DNA of 64,000 bases, from contig JAPPCX010000067.1 of NCBI GenBank assembly GCA_028875655.1, positions 10,019 to 74,018 on the forward strand. Direction: 5' to 3'. Below the pieces are notes generated by a model that searched no databases, had not been told where the DNA came from, and saw only the letters and a list, made by a program, of their open reading frames with translations. Shown in pieces: positions 35,807 to 44,156 of the stretch. The number at the start of each line of letters is the position of its first letter. Position 1 is the stretch's first letter. The DNA is from Chloroflexota bacterium (lineage in GTDB: Bacteria; Chloroflexota; Dehalococcoidia; Lucifugimonadales; UBA3495). The position numbers were made by a program, and so were the translations under genes.

Positions 35807-36340
35807 CTAGCCGGTTTCAAATACCGCGTGGCCATTGGCGCGGACGCATTGGTGGCCGTCCGGGTCAATCGGCGCGCCACACAGGAAGCACGGCGGACGC
35901 CCTGAGGCGCAGATGCGCAACGCCGCGTCGGCCAGATCGGAGCACTGCGTCATCGTCATCCAGAAACTGACTGAAGTTTGCCCTCCGGCGTCCGGGTCGT
36001 CCTCATCGCCTTCAAAAGCGTGCAGGACAAAGCAATTCGCGTCCTGGTCATACTGCAACTGCATCTGGCGCGCGTGGAAGTCCTGCTCCAGCGGGTCGCC
36101 GGCCCACGGCGCTTCGCCGGGGGCGCTGACCTTGGATTGGGCGTCCTGCCCCAACTGCTTCACTGCCTGCTGCAGGTACAGGCCCAACTGAAAAAGCTGT
36201 TCCTTCTCCAGCCAGATGTAAGACTGCGACCGGCCGGCCTCGGCAACCAGCCGAAAGGTGCGCCGGCCGGGGCGACCGAAGGTTTCCACCGTCACCGATT
36301 GTGCCGCGCCAAGCTTGTAACGTGCTTCCCGCTCTGCCAT
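35807..36340 (-). CDS. DUF3090 family protein
   Basis: VTVETFGRPGRRTFRLVAEAG...SYIWLEKEQLFQLGLYLQQ... and the C-terminal Zn-knuckle-like CFLCGAPIDPDGHQCVRANGH. Confidence 0.7.
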   Translation of the reverse strand: MAEREARYKLGAAQSVTVETFGRPGRRTFRLVAEAGRSQSYIWLEKEQLFQLGLYLQQAVKQLGQDAQSKVSAPGEAPWAGDPLEQDFHARQMQLQYDQDANCFVLHAFEGDEDDPDAGGQTSVSFWMTMTQCSDLADAALRICASGRPPCFLCGAPIDPDGHQCVRANGHAVFETG

Positions 36341-36382
36341 GCCGCTATGATAGTCGGCAACCCACAGGCTGGCAAGGGCCGC

Positions 36383-36826
36383 CTAACTGCCTGATGAACC
36401 GTTGCGCTGGCTGGGCGGCGGCTCAGTGAACGGCTCACCGTTGGCATCGGCCTCCATCCTGCGCTGGTTCCAAGCGTCCCATTCGGCATCCCTCTCAGCC
36501 CGACCTTCCTCGCGGCCCTCCTCATGGCCTTCCTGTCGCTTTTTCTCCGAGTACAACCAACCAAAAACCATGACCGCTCCTTCCACCAAGATAGGACTGG
36601 CGAATAACCAGAAGGCGCCAGCCCGCGTCGTGTCGCCCATTATGGCCGATGGCGCTTTCTGCCAATCTGGGTTTTCGGCAAAAACCACATGGACGAAAGT
36701 ATAGAAAATCAGTGTGGCGACGAAGCAAATGCTGAACGTCCAGAAGTGCGGCCGCACCCGTTCCAGAGGAACACTTGGGAAGGACGTCCATTGCCGCTCG
36801 TCGTTGCTCCGGTTCCGTTGGTTCAT
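36383..36826 (-). CDS. Hypothetical membrane protein with a charged C-terminal tail
   Basis: TM helices (HFWTFSICFVATLIFYTFVHVVF; AGAFWLFASPILVEGAVMVFGWLY), then an EGHEEGREEGRAERDAEWDAW tail. Confidence 0.45.
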   Translation of the reverse strand: MNQRNRSNDERQWTSFPSVPLERVRPHFWTFSICFVATLIFYTFVHVVFAENPDWQKAPSAIMGDTTRAGAFWLFASPILVEGAVMVFGWLYSEKKRQEGHEEGREEGRAERDAEWDAWNQRRMEADANGEPFTEPPPSQRNGSSGS

Positions 36827-36868
36827 ATGCTATCCACGCCAATCTCTCTCTGCAAGTGCTGTACACGT

Positions 36869-38401
36869 TCAGCCCAACCCCCGGGCGCGGTATTGCAGGG
36901 CTTCCGCCAGGTGCGCAGGGCCAATCCGTTCCTCTCCCGCCAGGTCGGCTATCGTCTGCGCCACCTTGACCACCCGGTGCAACGCCCGCGCCGACAGGTC
37001 CAGGGTTTGCGACGCCCGCTGCAACAGCGCCTCGGTGTCGTCCAGCAAGGTGCAGTGTTCCCAGATTTTCGAGCCCGCCATCTCCGCATTTGAGAACGCC
37101 GCAGTTTCAGCATCCTTACTGAAACGCCGCTCCTGAATCGCCCGCGCTGCCAGCACCCGCTCCCGCGCCGCCGCCGACGGTTCCGCTTCCGCCTGCGCCA
37201 GCAGGCTGTCGTACTCCACCGGCGGCACTTCCACGAAAATGTCGATGCGCTCCAGCAGCGGCCCGCTGATCCGACGCTGGTAGCGCGCCACGGCCGACGG
37301 ACTGCACACGCACTGTTTGCGCGGGTGCGTGGCGTATCCGCACGGGCACGGGTTCATCGCCGCCACCAGCATGAAACTGGCCGGATACGTCACCGTCCCG
37401 CTCACCCTGGTGATGGTCACCGTCTTGTCCTCCAGCGGCTGCCGCAGCGATTCCAGCAGCGCGTGCCCGAACTCCGGCAACTCGTCGAGGAACAACACCC
37501 CTCGATGGCTCAGCGTAATCTCCCCGGGACGCAGCATCCGGCCGCCGCCCACCAGGCCGGCGTTGGATATGGTGTAGTGCGGCGCGCGGAAAGGCCGCTG
37601 GGCGATCAGCGGGCTGTCCGGCGGCAGGTTCCCGCTCACACTGTAAATCTTGGTAACCTCCAGCGCTTCGTCCGGCGTCAGGTACGGCAGGATGCCCGGC
37701 AGCGCCCGCGCCAGCAGTGTCTTGCCGGAGCCGGGCGGCCCGCTGAACAGGATGTTGTGGAAGCCGGCCGCCGCCACCTCCAGCGCCCGCTTGGCGTGGT
37801 CCTGCCCCCGGATGTGGCAAAGATCGGCGCTGTCGGGCGGGTTGCGGTTCCCGTTGAGATACACCCCGCTGTGCGGATACGGCTGTATCGTCGTCTCGCC
37901 CTGCAGATGCGCCAACAGCTGCGCCAGCGTAGCCACCGGATAGACCTGCATCCCGTCCACCAGTGCCGCCTCCGCCGCGTCCACCGCCGGCACGTACACC
38001 GCGCGGATACCCTGCTCGCGCGCGACCCACACCATGGGCAGGATGCCGGCGGTGTGGCGCAACCCGCCGTCCAGCGACAGCTCGCCCAGGAAGATCGCCG
38101 GCTCGGCGGGCGGCGGCGCCTGCCCGGTGCTGAACAGGATGCCGGCCGCGATGGGCAGGTCGTAGGCCGGCCCTGCCTTCTTCAAATCCGCCGGCGCCAG
38201 GTTCACGGTGATCCGGCGCATGGGAAACTCGCAGCCGCTGTTGCGCACCGCCGCCCGCACCCGTTCCTTGGCCTCCTGCACCGCAGTGTCGGGCAGGCCG
38301 ACGATGTGAAAGGCCGGCAGGCCCGGCGAAATATCCGTCTCCGCCTGTATGATCTGGCCGTCCAACCCGACCACCGCGCAAGTTTGAGCTGTTGCCAACA
38401 T
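36869..38401 (-). CDS. comM: YifB/ComM family Mg-chelatase-like ATPase
   Basis: MLATAQTCAVVGLDGQIIQAETDISPGLPAFHIVGLPDTAVQEAKERVRAAVRNSG...GPPGSGKTLLARALPGILP...GVLFLDELPEF...MLVAAMNPCPCGY...LSARALHRVVKVAQTIADLAG. Confidence 0.92.
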   Translation of the reverse strand: MLATAQTCAVVGLDGQIIQAETDISPGLPAFHIVGLPDTAVQEAKERVRAAVRNSGCEFPMRRITVNLAPADLKKAGPAYDLPIAAGILFSTGQAPPPAEPAIFLGELSLDGGLRHTAGILPMVWVAREQGIRAVYVPAVDAAEAALVDGMQVYPVATLAQLLAHLQGETTIQPYPHSGVYLNGNRNPPDSADLCHIRGQDHAKRALEVAAAGFHNILFSGPPGSGKTLLARALPGILPYLTPDEALEVTKIYSVSGNLPPDSPLIAQRPFRAPHYTISNAGLVGGGRMLRPGEITLSHRGVLFLDELPEFGHALLESLRQPLEDKTVTITRVSGTVTYPASFMLVAAMNPCPCGYATHPRKQCVCSPSAVARYQRRISGPLLERIDIFVEVPPVEYDSLLAQAEAEPSAAARERVLAARAIQERRFSKDAETAAFSNAEMAGSKIWEHCTLLDDTEALLQRASQTLDLSARALHRVVKVAQTIADLAGEERIGPAHLAEALQYRARGLG

Positions 38402-38525
38402 ATCGACTCCTTGTACGTCTTCGCGAATCGCATAGCGAACAAATTTTCCGAAACACTACCATACAGAACGTAAGAGCGCAATATGCGCATGGCAGTCACG
38501 CGTACCCAATTTGTGCCGGGGAAAC

Positions 38526-38634
38526 GTCAGAATCAGGATTCACGGGATTTTATGATTTTCAGGATTGAAAACCAGCCATCGCCGAACGACTACAATCCTG
38601 GCAATCCTCAAATCTTGAGAATCCTGATTCTGAC
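38526..38634 (+). mobile_element. MITE-like element copy A (109 bp, 15-nt perfect terminal inverted repeats)
   Basis: gtcagaatcaggatt...aatcctgattctgac. The internal region is related to copies B and D (aatcctg.aaatcct...). It ends 25 nt before the hsdR start. Confidence 0.75.
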
Positions 38635-38659
38635 AATTGTCGTGTGTTAGATTTAAGGC

Positions 38660-40933
38660 ATGACACCTGAGCAGCAAGCCAGACAGAAAATTGACGGGCT
38701 ACTGCTTCAGGCCGGCTGGAGCTATCGTACCGAGACGCACGCCACCGGCGAGGACCGAGCCGGCTTTGCGGACTACCTGCTGTACGACGCCGATGGAACC
38801 GCCATAGCGTTGCTGGAAGCCAAAGCCGCCGGTAAAGACCCGCTGGTGGGCAAGGAACAGGCGCGGCAGTATGCCGCCAGCCTCGGCGTCAATCACGTCA
38901 TCCTGTCCAACGGCGACCGGCATCATGTGTGGGATATTCGGGCCGGGGATCCGGTGCGAACGCTGGCCATACCCTCGCCGGCGACCGTTCTCGGCTCCAT
39001 GAACGCAGCGCCCCGCGACCGCTCCGAACTCTGGACAACCCACGTCGGCGCCAGTTACTTGCAGCAGATGGCCGATGCGGAAACGGCGTTGCGGGACTAC
39101 CAGGTTGCCGCCATCAACGCCGTGCAGGAAAAGGCCCAGGCCGGCGACGCCACCTTTCTGCTGGAAATGGCTACCGGAACCGGCAAAACCACCGTCGCCG
39201 CGGCTCTGTGCTTCTTGTACCTGAACACCGGCAATGCCCGACGTGTCCTGTTCCTCGTTGACCGCATCGAGCTGCGGCGGCAGGCCGTGGCCGGGATCAA
39301 CGCGGCGTTGAACGAGCAATACGTCGTGCGCGACTATTACGGCGACCCGGTCTACGATTGGGAGCGAACCCACATCACCGTTACCACCGTCCAGTCCATC
39401 GACGCCCTGATGCGCCACGGCGAAGTTATACCGGCAGACTACTTCGACCTGATCATCGCGGATGAGGCCCACCGCTGCATCAGCGGGCCGAACCATCGCC
39501 GGCTGTTTGAGCAGTTCCACGCCGAGAAAATCGGACTTACCGCCACGCCCCGAACTCTGGTTGACAACCTCGTTGCCGATGACGACGGCTCGCCGGCGGC
39601 CCAGGAACAGCGCGCGCTGCGCGATACCTACCTGGCTTTCGGCTTGCCGCCCGGAGAGCCTACCTACGCCTACACCATCGCCCAGGGCGTAACGGACGGC
39701 TACCTGGTCGGCCCCACCGCCGTGGACGTGCGCACCGAGGTAACCCGGCAACTGATGTCCGACGAGGGCTACCAGGTCACTTTGGCGGATTACGAGAGTG
39801 GCGGCGACGATTTCGAGCTGACCTACCGGGCCGGCGACTTTGCCAGAACGTTCCTGTCGCCGGGCACCAACGCCGAATTCGCCCGGGTGTACCTCGAGGA
39901 AGCCTTGCGCGAGCCGGAAACCGACCTCATCGGCAAGGGCATCATCTACGCCGTGAACCAGCGCCACGCCGCCGCTCTCACCCAGGCCCTCAACCAAGCC
40001 GCGTCCGCCCGCTGGCCCGGGGCTTACAACTCCGACTTTGCGGTGCAGGTTACCTCCCACGTGTACGACGCCAACATTTTCGGCGAGCAATTCAAGCACA
40101 ACTCACTGAGTGGCCAGCATCCGGAAACGCCCGGCTACGCCACGTCGAAAACGCGGGTGTGCGTTACCGTGGCCATGATGACTACCGGGTACGATTGCCC
40201 CGACCTGCTGAACATCGGAGTGTGCCGGCCCATCAAGTCGCCGGTCGATTTCACGCAGATCAAGGGCCGGGGCACTCGCCGGTACGACTTTCGCAACAAT
40301 TACACCGACCCGCTGGTGCGGGAGCAAATCGAGTCCCTCCCCAAGGCAAAATTCAAGATTGTTGACTTCTTCGGCGTGTGCGAATATCACCACGAAACCG
40401 ATTACTATGAACCGCGCATCTCCGCGCCAACTCCCGAACCCTCGATCTCTGATTCAGGTGACGGTGGCGACAGTACGGACGGCCCGCCCGTCGAACCCGG
40501 GACGCCTATCGAACCCGGCACTCCCACCGGCAAGGGCGTCTTCATTCGCTATGGCGCCGACCAGACCGAAAGCGCAACCCAGCTGACCTTTGAGGCGGAC
40601 AGCCGGCACATCGCAGAACGGCAGCCGCTCCTCGATCCCAGGGCCGAACTGCGCCGGCGGCTGGAAGCCACGAATCAAACCGTCGCCGGCGCTTTCACAG
40701 AGTACCTGGTGCAGCACCCGGTGGACGACGACCGCCTGGGAAACGTGCTGGCGCTGTTCGAGGCTTACGCCACCGACGCCGACGCGCGCGACGCCATCGA
40801 CGCCAAGCGTTTCGCCGACCTCACCGGAACCACCCTGCCGCTGAACCAATACATCGCCGTTCCCGACGAACACCGGGAGCGGATACCGGGCTATGTGCGC
40901 GCGCATCTGCTGGATGGGGAGCAGGCTGCGTAA
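38660..40933 (+). CDS. hsdR: Type I restriction enzyme R subunit (HSDR_N nuclease + SF2 helicase + EcoEI-R-C-like tail)
   Basis: MTPEQQARQKIDGLLLQAGW...ADYLLYDADGTAIALLEAKA (PD-ExK), LLEMATGTGKT (motif I), LIIADEAHR (DEAH box), TATP, ...QIKGRGTR (motif VI), and a C-terminal helical tail. Confidence 0.85.
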   Translation: MTPEQQARQKIDGLLLQAGWSYRTETHATGEDRAGFADYLLYDADGTAIALLEAKAAGKDPLVGKEQARQYAASLGVNHVILSNGDRHHVWDIRAGDPVRTLAIPSPATVLGSMNAAPRDRSELWTTHVGASYLQQMADAETALRDYQVAAINAVQEKAQAGDATFLLEMATGTGKTTVAAALCFLYLNTGNARRVLFLVDRIELRRQAVAGINAALNEQYVVRDYYGDPVYDWERTHITVTTVQSIDALMRHGEVIPADYFDLIIADEAHRCISGPNHRRLFEQFHAEKIGLTATPRTLVDNLVADDDGSPAAQEQRALRDTYLAFGLPPGEPTYAYTIAQGVTDGYLVGPTAVDVRTEVTRQLMSDEGYQVTLADYESGGDDFELTYRAGDFARTFLSPGTNAEFARVYLEEALREPETDLIGKGIIYAVNQRHAAALTQALNQAASARWPGAYNSDFAVQVTSHVYDANIFGEQFKHNSLSGQHPETPGYATSKTRVCVTVAMMTTGYDCPDLLNIGVCRPIKSPVDFTQIKGRGTRRYDFRNNYTDPLVREQIESLPKAKFKIVDFFGVCEYHHETDYYEPRISAPTPEPSISDSGDGGDSTDGPPVEPGTPIEPGTPTGKGVFIRYGADQTESATQLTFEADSRHIAERQPLLDPRAELRRRLEATNQTVAGAFTEYLVQHPVDDDRLGNVLALFEAYATDADARDAIDAKRFADLTGTTLPLNQYIAVPDEHRERIPGYVRAHLLDGEQAA

Positions 40934-40955
40934 AACCCTCACGCGTACCCAGTTT

Positions 40956-41046
40956 GTCATTGCGAGGAGCGCAGCGACGTGGCAATCTCGTTGACGAAGG
41001 GGTTGTTGCTCAGCCGGCGAGATTGCCACGCTGCGCTCGCAATGAC
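40956..41046. repeat. REP family 2, inverted pair between hsdR and hsdM/S
   Basis: gtcattgcgaggagcgcagcgacgtggcaatctcg ... gagattgccacgctgcgctcgcaatgac. Confidence 0.8.
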
Positions 41047-41081
41047 AACTCTGGCGAAAGTGAGCACGCCGTAACGAAACC

Positions 41082-43007
41082 ATGGAAGTGCAGGAAGTCA
41101 AGAATATCGTCAGCACCGCCCGCGACCTGCTGGTGGGCAAGGTGCCGCTCCCCGTGGACCAGTGCCAGGAAATTACGCGGGCGCTGATTTACAAGTTCCT
41201 CAGCGCCGAGGACGCCACCAGCGTTGATCTGGGCGGCGCACCCCGTTATTTCACCGGCCAACACGCTGAATGTCGTTGGGACGCCCTGATGAGCCCGGGG
41301 CAAACCGCCAACGAGGTGGACCGTCTCTACCGGGACGGCATGGCCTTGCTGGGCCGAGCCGACGTCATGCCGGCCATTCGCACCATCTACCAGGACGCCT
41401 ACATTCCCTATAGCGACCCGATAATTCTGCGCGACTTCCTGCGGGCCATTGACCGCTTTGACACCGACGACACCGAGAAAATCGGCGACGCCTACGAAAT
41501 GCTCCTGCAAGACCTGGGCGCCCAGGCGTCGGCCGGACAGTTCCGCACGCCCCGCCACGTCATCGACTTCATCGTCGCCGTCATCGACCCGCAGAAGCAC
41601 GAAACCATCCTGGACCCGGCCTGCGGCACCGGCGGTTTCCTGGCGTCCACGTGGGAATATATCAATCGAGCCGGCCGGCTGTCTGCCGCCGACCGGGGAA
41701 ACCTGGCCCGCAACCTGGTCGGCTACGACATCTCCCCCACCATGGCGATGCTGTCCACGGTTAACCTGTTCCTGCATCACCAGCAGCAGCCCGTGGTCAG
41801 CGTGTACGACACCCTGACCAGCGAGGAGCGTTGGAACGATCACTTTGACGTCATTCTGGCCAATCCGCCGTTCATGTCGCCCAAGGGCGGCATCCGACCT
41901 CACGGACGGTTTTTCAGCAACAGCAGACGTTCGGAAGTGCTGTTCGTGGATTACATCATGGGCCACCTGAACGAAGGCGGCCGGGCCGGCGTCATCGTGC
42001 CGGAGGGCGTCATCTTCCAGAGCCAGCGGGCGCATACGCAACTGCGCCGCCTGCTGGTGGAGACGGCGCTGGTGGCCGTAGTCTCGCTGCCGGCCGGCGT
42101 GTTCCAGCCCTATTCCGGCGTCAAGACCTCCATCCTGATCCTGGACAAAACGCTGGCCCGCCGCGCCGACGGCATCGCCTTCTTCAAGGCGGAAAACGAC
42201 GGCTACGACCTGGGCGCCCAACGCCGCCCCATCGACCGCAACGACCTGCCGGCGGTGCGGGCCGAGTTGTCCGAATACCTGCGGCGGCTGCGAGCCGGCG
42301 ACTCAGTTGACGACTTCGCGCCGGCGACGGGGCTGGTGGTGGCGAAGGAGCGGATTGCGGAGGGCGGCGACTACAACCTGAGCGGCGAGCGGTATCGGGA
42401 AAATGACAAAGTTTCAAACTGGCGGATGGTGCCGCTGAAAGAGGTAGCAAAGGAAATAAAGGCCGGCTTTGCTTGTGGTAAAGGCATCGTCAGCACTACG
42501 GGCATCCCGCATATCCGCCCCATGAATATATCGGAAAACGGACAATTTACATGGCAAGGGCTGAAGTGCATTACTGAGGAGGACTATGCCGGTAAGGAAA
42601 GCTATGCGCTCTTGCCGGGGGACGTGCTATTCAACAATACGAACAGCAAGGAACTGGTCGGTAAAACTTGCCACATAACCGAGTACATCGATGGGGGGTT
42701 CTCAAATCATATAACCAGGATTCGTGTCAATGACGAGCAATGTGATTCTGCATTTCTCGCGCATGTCCTCCATGCCGCATGGCGTAGTGGAACGTTCCAA
42801 GAACGGGCTAACAAATGGATTGGCCAAGCTGGGGTCAACACAAAGTCGTTGAGTGAGTTGCAGATACCTCTCCCGCCGCTGGAAGTGCAGCGCGAGATAG
42901 TGGCTGAGATTGAGGGGTATCAGCGGGCGATTGACGAGTCAAGGGAAAGCATCGTAGCATTAGAACGTAACATCGCAGACACGGTAGCACAGGTATGGCA
43001 CAGTTGA
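41082..43007 (+). CDS. hsdM: Type I R-M N6-adenine DNA methyltransferase fused to a single-TRD (half) specificity domain
   Basis: GQFRTPRHVIDFIV, DPACGTGGFL (motif I), ILANPPF (motif IV), GRAGVIVPEGV. After ~aa 440 there is a TRD (IPHIRPMNI...NNTNSKELVGK...SNHITRI) ending in the conserved HsdS helix LPPLEVQREIVAEIEGYQRAIDESRESIVALERNI. Confidence 0.85.
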   Translation: MEVQEVKNIVSTARDLLVGKVPLPVDQCQEITRALIYKFLSAEDATSVDLGGAPRYFTGQHAECRWDALMSPGQTANEVDRLYRDGMALLGRADVMPAIRTIYQDAYIPYSDPIILRDFLRAIDRFDTDDTEKIGDAYEMLLQDLGAQASAGQFRTPRHVIDFIVAVIDPQKHETILDPACGTGGFLASTWEYINRAGRLSAADRGNLARNLVGYDISPTMAMLSTVNLFLHHQQQPVVSVYDTLTSEERWNDHFDVILANPPFMSPKGGIRPHGRFFSNSRRSEVLFVDYIMGHLNEGGRAGVIVPEGVIFQSQRAHTQLRRLLVETALVAVVSLPAGVFQPYSGVKTSILILDKTLARRADGIAFFKAENDGYDLGAQRRPIDRNDLPAVRAELSEYLRRLRAGDSVDDFAPATGLVVAKERIAEGGDYNLSGERYRENDKVSNWRMVPLKEVAKEIKAGFACGKGIVSTTGIPHIRPMNISENGQFTWQGLKCITEEDYAGKESYALLPGDVLFNNTNSKELVGKTCHITEYIDGGFSNHITRIRVNDEQCDSAFLAHVLHAAWRSGTFQERANKWIGQAGVNTKSLSELQIPLPPLEVQREIVAEIEGYQRAIDESRESIVALERNIADTVAQVWHS

Positions 43008-43264
43008 CTGGCCAAATAGGTGGTGGAGAAATGGCAATCATCGAGTTCGCATTTCGGAACTGGTTCTGGCTGGGCTTCTTGGCACTAGTGGCTTTGGCGT
43101 GGGTTTTTATCGTCAACCCCTTGATGCCTGAAACACCAGCTGGCGATTTCAACGTTAAACTCCTTTGGGTTGGTTTGCACGTTGGGGCGAGTGTCAGCCT
43201 TGCCGGTATTGGCATTGCGACGGGCGTAGCGCTGTGGCGGTCGCTGTTGGGATTGCTGCCGTAG
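42995..43264 (+). CDS. Hypothetical small membrane protein overlapping the hsdM/S stop
   Basis: ATG overlaps the MTase stop (ATGGCACAGTTGA). Two TM helices (WFWLGFLALVALAWVFIV; LHVGASVSLAGIGIATGVALW). It lies in the AT-richer cassette. Confidence 0.35.
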   Translation: MAQLTGQIGGGEMAIIEFAFRNWFWLGFLALVALAWVFIVNPLMPETPAGDFNVKLLWVGLHVGASVSLAGIGIATGVALWRSLLGLLP

Positions 43265-43295
43265 TTGGGCTTGTAAGTGCTGCGGATCAACTACA

Positions 43296-43433
43296 CTGCC
43301 CCCGCTGGAAACCCAGCAGGCCATCGTAGCCGAGATCGAGGCGGAGCGGGCGCTGGTATCCGCCAACCGCGAGCTGGCGCAGCGCATGGAGGCCCGCATC
43401 GCCGCGGCCATCGGGCGGGTGTGGGCCGAGTAA
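43296..43433 (+). pseudogene. Orphan hsdS C-terminal conserved-helix remnant
   Basis: LPPLETQQAIVAEIEAERALVSANRELAQRMEARIAAAIGRVWAE-stop. It parallels the last 45 aa of the current M/S fusion, is in the same frame (both start coordinates are divisible by 3), and is separated from it by stops. Confidence 0.6.
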
Positions 43434-43435
43434 TC

Positions 43436-43544
43436 GTCAGAATCAGGATTCACCGGATTATGGGATTCACAAGATTACTACCTCTCATCGGCGCAACGGT
43501 CTCAATCCTGTAAATCCTCAAATCATGAAAATCTTGATTCAGAC
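43436..43544 (+). mobile_element. MITE-like element copy B (109 bp)
   Basis: gtcagaatcaggattcaccggatt...caatcctgtaaatcctcaaatcatgaaaatcttgattcagac. It has the same orientation and length as copy A. Confidence 0.75.
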
Positions 43545-43572
43545 GTAACCCAGCGCTTCCGCTACAGCCGTG

Positions 43573-43614
43573 CAATCCCCATAATCCAATAATCCAGTGA
43601 ATCCTGATTCTGAC
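43573..43614 (+). mobile_element. MITE-like element, right-end half copy (C)
   Basis: caatccccataatccaataatccagtgaatcctgattctgac. There is no matching left end. Confidence 0.6.
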
Positions 43615-43637
43615 AACACGTAACGCAGCGGAGCGCC

Positions 43638-44033
43638 ATGATGGTCAACGATGATCTTACCTACCGGATAATCGGCTGCGCCATGAAGGTCCACCGCACC
43701 CTGGGCGCCGGTTTCCAGGAGGTAATTTATCAACGCGCTCTCGCTATTGAAATGGGGCGGGCAGGTATCGACTTTGGGCGGGAAGTCGAGCAACCTATAC
43801 TCTATGATGGTGTGGAAATAGGTTCGCGGCGAGCGGACTTTATTGTTGCCAATCGCGTGGTGGTCGAGCTAAAAGCCCTTACGGCACTGGAGAATTTGCA
43901 TTTGGCGCAAGTGAAAAACTACGTGGTCGCTTACGGCCTCGAGTTGGGGCTGCTGCTGAACTTTGGCGGCCAAAGCCTGGAATACCGGCGAATATATGGC
44001 GGGAATCGTCAGAATCAGGATTATGGAGATTAG
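43638..44033 (+). CDS. GxxExxY protein (PD-(D/E)xK nuclease superfamily)
   Basis: LTYRIIGCAMKVHRTLGAGFQEVIYQRALAIEM...RADFIVANRVVVELKA...QVKNYVVAYGLELGLLLNFG. The last 8 codons and the stop lie inside MITE copy D. Confidence 0.85.
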   Translation: MMVNDDLTYRIIGCAMKVHRTLGAGFQEVIYQRALAIEMGRAGIDFGREVEQPILYDGVEIGSRRADFIVANRVVVELKALTALENLHLAQVKNYVVAYGLELGLLLNFGGQSLEYRRIYGGNRQNQDYGD

Positions 44034-44114
44034 GGGATTATCAGGATTGATCCTGCGACAGCGCAACCATCCCAATCCTGCAAATCCTGTAATCCGGTGA
44101 ATCCTGATTCTGAC
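44008..44114 (+). mobile_element. MITE-like element copy D (107 bp)
   Basis: gtcagaatcaggattatggagatt...caatcctgcaaatcctgtaatccggtgaatcctgattctgac. Confidence 0.75.
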
Positions 44115-44156
44115 AACAATTTTGCCATCCCCGCCAACCTAATCTATACTCAACGT

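Noticed and set aside
37116-38473. ORFs 37116..38462 (-) and 37325..38473 (+)
   Set aside because: They are an alternate frame and the antisense of comM/yifB, whose own frame has Walker motifs and the C-terminal Mg-chelatase helix.
38699-42221. ORFs 38699..40099 (-) and 41010..42221 (-)
   Set aside because: They are antisense to hsdR and hsdM, which carry the helicase and methyltransferase motifs on the plus strand.
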